This document shows, piece after piece, positions 55,490 through 64,000 of a DNA stretch of 64,000 bases (positions within the stretch are counted from its first letter, which is position 1; every line of letters starts with the position of its first letter). The notes under the pieces are model-generated. The model searched no databases. It saw only the letters and a program-made list of their open reading frames with translations, and had not been told where the DNA came from. The position numbers and the translations under genes were made by a program. Source of the stretch: Octopus sinensis (Eukaryota); the NCBI RefSeq assembly GCF_006345805.1, contig NC_043014.1, positions 20,212,001 to 20,276,000 on the forward strand, read 5' to 3'.

Positions 55490-56280
55490 ATTAAGAGTAT
55501 ACTCGATAATTGCCGGTGACTTCAGACAAAATCTGCCTGTAGTTTCTCAGGGTACTTGCCTGAAAATATTATCTGAAAAGATTGAACCTTCTACTAGTGA
55601 CCTTGATGGGGATACTGCTGCTAGTAGTTTTTTTTTATCTCACTATTGATGGGAAATGGATTTCGTAGAAGAAACCTGAATGACGTCGTCTTTACAAAGA
55701 TTTACAAAGATTCGAATCAGGCAATATGATCGCAATGAATTGGCTCTGTGAATGTACAATTTTAAGAACAAAAGATGTCACTGAGACAAAACCATAGAGA
55801 GTACAGATTCTACAATTGAATAAACTAAGTCAGTTCCCATGAGCAGGATGCAAATAATCCAACAGGGCTACTGAGTAACGCTGAAACAGAAAAAAACATC
55901 TCGACAATCTGATACTGAAAAATAGGTTGTTGCTCATGCGACATTGTCAATGAGACCACCTGATATTTTACAGGCATAAGGCTAAATATTGAATATAGAA
56001 TACCTGAAGTTCTAGAGGTCGCAATTATGACAGGGGACTTTGCTGGAGATAGTTATTTCAATCGTAGTAAATGTTTTCAACCAACTTATTTCCCATTTCA
56101 ATTTCTAAGGCTTCAATTTCCTCTCAGCAATATATCTCACAAGTAATCCTTTATAATTGTTGGAATAAACATTATGGATTCTATCATTTTATGAGAATAG
56201 ATTAATGCTGGCACTTAAAATGCTGGAGAACCTTTTATCATAGCGTCATAAAGCAAAGCCTTGAACGTTTATCACAAAGC
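55490..56280 (+). pseudogene. Decayed Helitron helicase remnant
   Basis: IIAGDFRQNLPVV at about 55505; WLCE.TIL; PEVLEVAIMTGDFAG; FPFQFLRLQFPL. Stops and frameshifts throughout. Confidence 0.75.
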
Positions 56281-56540
56281 TTGGGAATGAGCACATAAAT
56301 CAACGAAGACATTCAGTCCGACGTAAATCTGACTTCAATAAAAATTAACAGAAACACTAATTCATTAGTCAAATACTTTGCAGTGCTACTTCGATTGCAC
56401 GCAGACATCGCTTGTCCTACATTTCATCAAGCCACAGTGTATAGTCTTTGTATATAATATGTTTAATAGCTATATGAGGCAGATATAACAGCAAAATATT
56501 CTTCAGTTTACGAATCACGAACCAGCGTATCTACTATCTC

Positions 56541-56608
<68 letters not shown>

Positions 56609-56612
<4 letters not shown>

Positions 56613-56776
56613 GGAGTTTAACGCAGGTGTAATCAAATATTTTTACTTTCGACACATGTTTCGAAAATTCCACTGATACTATTCAAAAGAATATTCTTTT
56701 GAATAGTATCAGTGGAATTTTCGAAACATGTGTCGAAAATAAAAATATTTGATTACACCTGCGTTAAACTCCATTT
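56609..56776. repeat. 168-bp loop-less palindrome at the 5' end of a (TA)n-embedded element extending to about 56930
   Basis: Arms 56609-56692 / 56693-56776 are reverse complements with one mismatch (56646). Centre gaat|attc. Confidence 0.9.
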
Positions 56777-56927
56777 TTTATTCACATATTATTCAAAATA
56801 TTCAACGTAAACACGAAGTTTCTACCTTTATAAACAAGGAGTTACAACACCTTAACTTGTGAGATTTTTGCTGCCCTGGTAACTATTTTTTTTCCGTGTT
56901 AATTGTTAACAAGGTAAAACTACACTA

Positions 56928-56974
<47 letters not shown>

Positions 56975-57003
56975 CATACATACATACATACTACATACAT
57001 ACA

Positions 57004-57037
<34 letters not shown>

Positions 57038-57168
57038 GTGGTGTGAAATTTTACTGGTGACCACCTCTGTTGCAACCTGCGGTTGCTTTTAGTTTAGGGG
57101 ACAGAGAGAAATAGGGTTTGCTAAGAAATAAAGGATGAGAGAGAAATTTCCCTCAAGGTGAGAGAATC

Positions 57169-57202
<34 letters not shown>

Positions 57203-57367
57203 TTTTTATATACTTATTTTGTTATGCTTCTATATAATGCATTCTTGTTTTTCTTGTTTTTTTTGCAAGTTAATTACTCTTTTACTTGTTTTAGTCACTT
57301 GACTGCAGCTATGCTTGAGCACACCATATTATATTATATTATATATATATATATATTATATATATAT

Positions 57368-57401
<34 letters not shown>

Positions 57402-57408
57402 CATACAT

Positions 57409-57458
<50 letters not shown>

Positions 57459-57783
57459 GGTGGGGTCGGGTGTAGCCAACATAGGAAAGCTGAATGGACA
57501 TACGTGCTATATCTTCTTCAAATTGCTCCCTGCTCTCTCAAGTGTCCATATAAGTATCTAAGTATATGTGTTTGTTCTTTCTTCCTTCACTGACATTGCC
57601 AGGTACCCAAGCTTTATTATTAAAAGCTTTAAATGAAAATCAAAATGCAATTCTCATCCTCAAGAGCGTTATTTTGTAACTACCTTATAAATTTGCCTGT
57701 TGTTGATATTAGCGCCTAATTTATTCCTTAAGTAAAGCAAAGCGTAATTCTTAATGAATTAAGAGGGACCTATTAATAAGTAC

Positions 57784-58075
57784 GGTGAGGCACATGGCCT
57801 AGTGGTTAGAGCAGCGGACTCGCGGCTTCGAATCTCAGACCGGGTGATGTGTGTGTTTATGAGCGAAATATCTAAGCTCCAGGCGGCTCCGGCAGAAGGT
57901 AATGGCGAACTTCTGCTGACTTTTTCGCCACAACTTTCTCTCACTCTTTCCTCCTGCATCTTGCAGCTCACCTGCGACGGACCGGTGTCACGTTCAGATG
58001 GGGAACCTATACGCCAGGGGAACCGGAAAACCGGCTCTTATGAGCCAGGCGTGGCTCGAGAACGAACAAACATTA
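57784..58075 (+). mobile_element. tRNA-derived SINE, family C
   Basis: tggcctagtggttagagc A box, ttcgaatctc B-like box, aagctccaggcggctccggc, ccacaactttctctcac. Confidence 0.8.
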
Positions 58076-58694
58076 ATAAGTACAAACTCGTTAACACTCT
58101 ATAAAAATAAACAACAATACATATATAGTTTTATAGCAGCAAGTTGACACAGTTCTATAAATGTATGATTTTTAAAAAATTCAATATACTATATGTAAAT
58201 TTATCTATCAAAACAGATTTTCGGTAAAGAACTATTTCTCTAATAACTTCTGACTTTACTTTATGACCTTTAAGTAAGATGTAAATATCAACAGCTTCTT
58301 GATTTACATAGCACAGTTTTACTTCAATATTCTACTATTTCCTTTAGGATAAAATTATATTTAACATGACTGTCGTGATTTGATTTCCGAAACATTTCTT
58401 TTGACCTTTTGAATCGTTTTTATAAATAAACTTGTTTTCAAGGTATTTTAAATATTTGTACGTCAACCTGAATATTATTTGTTTTTCATTTGTTTCCTGC
58501 CCTTGATGGAAGTCTAAAAGGAAACCGAAACGTGTAATCCATTCTAAGATCGACGATTCACCTTTAAGATAACTAGCATCTACATTACAGGTGTGCAGTA
58601 CCTGGCAGTGATTGTTTGATTTATGTAATTAAGAATGATGATAATGTTGTTGCTGTTGTTGGTGTTGATGTTGCTATTATAGCAACTACTAAGG

Positions 58695-59282
58695 AGGTGA
58701 GGTGGCAGAAACGTTAGCAAGCCGGGTGAAATGCTTACCGGTACTTCGTCTGCCGCTACGTTCTAAGTTCAAATTCCGCCGAGGTCGACTTTGCCTTTCA
58801 TCCGTTCGGTGTCGATTAAATAAGTACCAGTTACGCACTGGGGTCGATATGATCGACTTAATCCGTTTTATCTGTCCTTGTTTGTCCCCTCTGTATTTAG
58901 CCCCTTGTGGGTAGTAAAGAAATAGGTATTTCGTCTGCCGTTACGTTCTGAGTTCAAATTCCGTCGAGGTCGACTTTGCCTTCCATCCATTCGGGGTCAA
59001 TAAATTAAGTACCAGTTATGCTCTGGAGTCGATGTAATCGGTTTACTCTCTTTGTCTGTTCTTGTTTGTCCCCTCTATGTTTAGCCCCTTGTGGACAATA
59101 AAGAAATAAGGATCGTTAGCACGCCGGGCAAAATGCTTAGCGCTAGTTCGTCCGTCCTTAGGTTGAGTTCAAATTCGGCCGATGTCGATTTGCCTTTCAC
59201 CCTTTTAGGGGTCGATAAAATAAGTACCAGCTGAGTACTGGAGTCAACGTAATCGACTAGTCCCCTTCCCCAAATTTCAGTA
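58695..59282 (+). mobile_element. Head-to-tail trimer of family B SINEs
   Basis: ttcaaattc..gtcga..ggggtc..gtaccag repeated three times (58695, about 58925, about 59110). Confidence 0.88.
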
Positions 59283-59860
59283 TAAAGTATTTTGTTATTT
59301 CTTGTCCTTGTTGTTGTTGCTGTTGTTGGTTTTGTTGATCTTTTTCTTGTCATCACGGTAAAATCTGTTCTTTGTTTTTTGTCTGTGTATGTGTGTGGTT
59401 TTCCTTTTGCTGCTTTTAGCTTCTGTTCTTTTTTTATTCTATCTCTATATAGATGCAACTATAGCCGAATTAAGAAGTTTGCATCGCAATAACGAGTTCC
59501 CAGGTTAGATCCCCCTGCACAGCCTCTTGGACCTATGTCCTTTATCAATGGATTCGGGTTATGAGAAGCAGTGTATATAGTTGGCCACCGTGAAAGCCAA
59601 GCGGATGAACTTTACATGGAATTCAAAAGGCTATTCTTGTTACAGTGTAATGCTGATTGTAGCTGAAGATTACATAAAATTACGAGTGTTGCTTTTGTAA
59701 TTACCTAGGCCGAGACTTGTCACGTAAGTATGACACATTGATACGGCTTGAAGATAATGAAATGGTTACGCATGACTATGGAATATTCTTCCTATTTTCA
59801 TTATAATCAATCCGTTGCTAAACAACTTGATTGAAAAACTTGAATCTTCATCGTTTCAAC

Positions 59861-60234
59861 CAGTGCTTCTCAACTGGTATCCATATGACCCTGGGAGCTC
59901 ACATGGCTCTTAGGGGTTCATATAAGATTTTTTTTTGATAAAATTTATATACAATAAATTGGTTATACTTCTACAATGGACAAAACATTTTAATTCTTTT
60001 ATACAGTTTCTAATATTTAATTATAAAACTGTTGGTGTGTAACTTAGCGGTTCGGCAAAAGTGCCTGATAGAATAAGTTCCAGGCTTATAAAGAATAAGT
60101 CCTGGCGTCGATTTCCTTCGACTAAAAGGTTTGGCCACAGTCAAATGACTGAAACAAGTAAAAGAATAAAAGAATATACTGTAACAACAACATCTTATAT
60201 GGACCGCCAAAGGAACCCAGACTGAGAACCACTG
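59861..60234. mobile_element. hAT/Charlie-like MITE with a SINE 3' half inserted at 60030-60175
   Basis: CAGTGCTTCTCA ... TGAGAACCACTG termini. 8-bp flanks gtttcaac / gtctaatg are partly matching. Confidence 0.6.
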
Positions 60235-60582
60235 GTCTAATGCAACGAAAGGTTTATTTGATTTGTCTTATATCAGACGCAGAAACACGCGTGCAGACAA
60301 ACATGCACTCACAGACTCATTACACTGCTATCATAAATGTGGTCTAAAATTGCTATTCAGTTTCAGCTACACATTGATACTCCTAAGAGACGTCAAGTTA
60401 AACTTCAAATTTCTCTCAACTTTCCCTCACCCTTATAATTATCTTATCATCTGTGACAATTTAATTTTGAAGACTTATATGTTTTCTTACATTTCACATT
60501 CAGCATATTGTAACATGCTTCAGGTGCAAAAATAAAATGAAATTACCTTCTTTTATTTTTTCACCTTTTTCGTTTTTTTTTT

Positions 60583-60650
60583 TAAATTATACCTCTAAAT
60601 TATACCTTCTAAATTATACCTTCTAAATTATACCTTCTAAATTACACTTC
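60583..60650 (+). repeat. 14-bp minisatellite, about 5 copies (aaattataccttct)
   Basis: Direct reading. Confidence 0.9.
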
Positions 60651-60664
60651 TGTATACACCTTTT

Positions 60665-60744
<80 letters not shown>

Positions 60745-61039
60745 TAATAATAATAATACAACTACTATCCCTACCTTGCCCCGTTGTCTTTACTTTTCTT
60801 TTTTTTATATACCCTTTACAATCTACTTATATCTCGCAACTACTCAAACCACTTCAGCTAATCTTCATCATCCCAACGAAGCTTCACCTCATTCTCTGTT
60901 CTACTGCTTCCAGTTATTGCTTTTTCTTTTTAAATAGAGTTATCAGTTTTAAAATTGGAAGACACTTTTAGATCAGTTCATTGGTTACAGGAACAAGAAC
61001 AAGAACAAGAACATCTGCTTTAATTCAACAAGTAGTGAT

Positions 61040-61173
61040 GATGATGACCGTAAGGAAAGTGTTGATGATGATGGCGGTGATGATGATGATGAAAAGGGGG
61101 ACAAGGAGGAGGAGGAGGAGGATGACGACGACGACGGTGAGGGTGGTGGTGGTGATGATGATGATGGTGGTGG

Positions 61174-61227
<54 letters not shown>

Positions 61228-61265
61228 CGACGATGATGATTGGCGATGACGGTGATGATGATAAT
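61040..61265 (+). repeat. (GAT)n-rich compound microsatellite
   Basis: Direct reading. Confidence 0.95.
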
Positions 61266-61499
61266 GAAGGTAAGTAGAGTGATGTTCGTGAAAACAAAGA
61301 CGATAATATCAAAGCTCATATTGAAAAATCAAGAGAAGAGCGAGAAGAATAGCAGGTTAGGTTCCTAAGCCTGATCCAGTAATTGTTACTAATAATAAAA
61401 TATTGAAAAAAAAAACAATATATCATTGTCAGATGGCACAAACTTAAGAAAAATTGCTTACGGTATGCCGGCAGTAATGTGGAGAGAGAATTCGTACAC

Positions 61500-61742
61500 T
61501 TCCCCCAGCATATAAAACCCGTACCTGATATGTGCCTTACATTATTTAATGACTGTGTTACCTTTAAGAAAGATTATTTAATTATCTAAATGAAAATTCT
61601 CCTACGAAGATGAAAAAATGCTAAACTTTGGAGAGAATAGTCACAGGAGTTGAGACCTGGATCTCTCACTTTCAGCCAAAATCCAAAAGCCAGAGTATGG
61701 AGTGGAAACACCCGGAATCGTAGCGAAAAAGAAATTCAAGAT
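61500..61742 (+). pseudogene. mariner transposase fragment, cut off by a SINE
   Basis: RIVTGVETWISHFQPKSKSQSMEWKHPES at 61634-61720 resembles IVTGDETWVHHYDPETKQQSMEWRHPGS. Confidence 0.75.
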
Positions 61743-61744
61743 TC

Positions 61745-61970
61745 CATTCAGTCTGTCCTTGTTTGACCTCTCTGTGTTTAGCCCCCTGTGGGTAGTAAAG
61801 AAATAGGTATTTCTTCTGTTTTACGTTCTGACTTCAAATTTCGCCGATGTCGACTTTGCTTTTCATCATTTCGGGGTCGATAAATTAAATATCAGTTGCG
61901 TACTGGGATCGACCTAACTAACAGCTCCTCTCCCCCAAAATTTCTGGCCTTGTGCCTAGAGTAGAAAAGA
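61745..61970 (+). mobile_element. SINE family B tail plus headless copy
   Basis: tttagccccctgtgggtagtaaagaaataggtatttc junction followed by a family B body. Confidence 0.8.
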
Positions 61971-63379
61971 ATATGGTGGCAGGTGTACAATCGTAGAATG
62001 CCTGTCATCTCTACAGACGATGTGAGTTCGATTCCAAAGGGCAACCTTTGACTTTTTCCTATACAAAAGGGTTTTTCAACAAATATTTAAATGCTATTAA
62101 TTATAGCCATAACCAATTCTCAAAATGATTATTCCACGTTCCTTCGAATCTTTACAATTTCATGATGTCATCAATATAAATATATAGACACATGTATATA
62201 TACATTCATACACACACATGTATGTATGTGCGTGTATATATATACCGACACACACATATAGCCAAATATATTATGAAGAGATATTCGCACACATGCACAA
62301 ATATAAAGACATAAACACACGCGCAAGCATTTAAGGTTTGAATTCATACAAAGTGAGAGAAAGACTTTTTAAACCTACGCAGGTCTGCCACTGAGCCCAC
62401 CAGGTACCACTTTACGCGTCATCAACGCTTTTATTCATAATGATATTCTTACTACTAGGATTATGAAATCCAGAAGGATGAACTATAATGTCGATTATGC
62501 GCTAACTGGAATCAGAACGCAAACGGAATGAAATATTTGTCATATTAAATTCAGAAAACGTATACAGTGTACAATGATCACTAAATAATATAACAACTTA
62601 TCATACACTACTTAGTAACCAACCATTAATGAAAGACAATCACCATCTAATAATATGAAATAAGACATTCTTATATAATGAACACCCGAAACTGTAACGC
62701 ATGAGGCGATGAATTGGGAGAACGTAAAGCACGTCGAAGAGAAACGCTTTGTAATATTCGTTTTCTTCCTGGTCCGTTACTTTCTGGGATCGATAAAGTA
62801 AGTATCAGTTAATATTCCCTTTCCTTATAGTTGCTGGCCTTGTACCAAAATTTGTAACCATTATTCATTTCTGATTTCGAAACAAATCACAATGGCCTTC
62901 CATTCCTCCGCGGTTTACATGTACTAGTCCACAAAAAGAATCCATATTTCTCTTGCTCCCTTCACCCTTCTTTTCCCCTCTTTCTCTTTCATTTCTGAAG
63001 AAATCGGTTGTGGTCAGACCTGGAAAAGGGGACACCCCCACTAAATTCAGATGCCCAAGACATGCCGTTTGTCATCCAGGGTGCCTCTAATTCTCAACCA
63101 CATCCCATCCCCATAAAAAATTTTCCAAAACTCAAGTTATCTCTATAATTTCCGTGCAGAAATATAATATATCCTACACTACACACAATGTGCATGCTGT
63201 GCACAAGCATCCCCGAATACTAATATGCATAAAACTCATACAATGAAAGGAAACATTATCACAACAATAAAACAATACCAGAATTACCAAAGTGAGCCCT
63301 ACAACATGGCAAAATAGACATAGTATACAGTTTAAGTATTTCATCATTCAAAGACAATACTGTAAATAATTTAGGTACA

Positions 63380-63859
63380 CAGGCGTGTTTCTGACGGGGC
63401 AGCGGAAACTAGCAGAAACGTGATAGAAGCATAAATGTAATAACAATCATATGGGCTACAGCAAATATTCTGATCAATACCATAGATTTGTTTGTCATTT
63501 GCTTGACTTTAACCAGTTGAACATATCTCTTAGTAGTTGACAATATGTGCATCACGAGCAGAAGTAGTGGGGGAGCATCATAGCCATGTGTTGAGTATTC
63601 CTTGGGATTTGAATAATTCATATCTGGAAACATGGGTGTTTTATTCATTTTCCTTAAATAACCCTCATTCAGTGACCTTCTGAGCGGGATGTGCAACTCA
63701 ACCTGAAGAAGATTCTAACTAGGCCCCACCTGCAAGGTCACATATTGCGCACATATGGTTGAGATGCCTGTACCTGTTAAGGGTAGTCATGATGTGTATA
63801 CTGAGCTACTATACTTGTACCCCAGTGTCATTTTGATGACATGCATTGCTCACTCATTC

Positions 63860-63860
<1 letters not shown>
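63380..63860 (+). mobile_element. Unclassified interspersed repeat starting with a decayed HHR-like motif and ending in (AAT)n
   Basis: ctgacgg-ggc.ag-cggaaa-ctagc-a-gaaacgtgata at 63391-63425; GC-richer body; abrupt (AAT)n tail. Confidence 0.4.
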
Positions 63861-63919
<59 letters not shown>

Positions 63920-63975
63920 TGGAAGAAGAAGAAGAAGAAGAAGAAGAAGAAGAAGAAGAAGAAGAAGAAGAAGAA
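63860..63975 (+). repeat. (AAT)n followed by (GAA)n
   Basis: Direct reading. Confidence 0.97.
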
Positions 63976-64000
63976 AAGAGAGCCTCGCGCTGAATAGCAA

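Noticed and set aside
57784-57850. tRNA gene
   Set aside because: tRNA-like head of a SINE with no complete cloverleaf; it continues into the SINE body.
63150-63780. Gypsy integrase-like words (DLFV..YLLVVDN, SERDVQ)
   Set aside because: Only scattered weak matches with many stops. The segment is better explained as a non-coding repeat with an HHR relic and an (AAT)n tail.

Overview
AT-rich eukaryotic, non-coding, microsatellite-saturated DNA. The SINE families and repeat landscape look like an octopod cephalopod genome; this is inferred from recognised motifs, not from a search. No intact protein-coding gene is supported, and almost every ORF in the track is a microsatellite read-through. 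The window holds many tRNA-derived SINEs of three families, decayed R4/Dong-type, RTE, Helitron, hAT and mariner remnants, and several MITEs. The standout signal is a set of hammerhead-ribozyme (HHR) elements embedded in (TA)n tracts. One is a near-identical tandem array with a 512-nt monomer (41817-43462, three type I HHRs). Another is an unrelated 456-nt-period element (15159-15860, two HHRs). About ten further variant or decayed HHR motifs and several long fold-back palindromes are also present. The elements share one architecture: (TA)n, then an inverted copy of an internal segment, then the HHR body, then (TA)n. The two best share the terminal motif CAATTAAGGAC. This fits retrozyme-like or Penelope-pLTR-derived non-autonomous retroelements that could yield self-cleaving, possibly circular, RNAs. 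HHR pairings were read by eye. SINE and remnant boundaries are approximate (about 10-30 bp).
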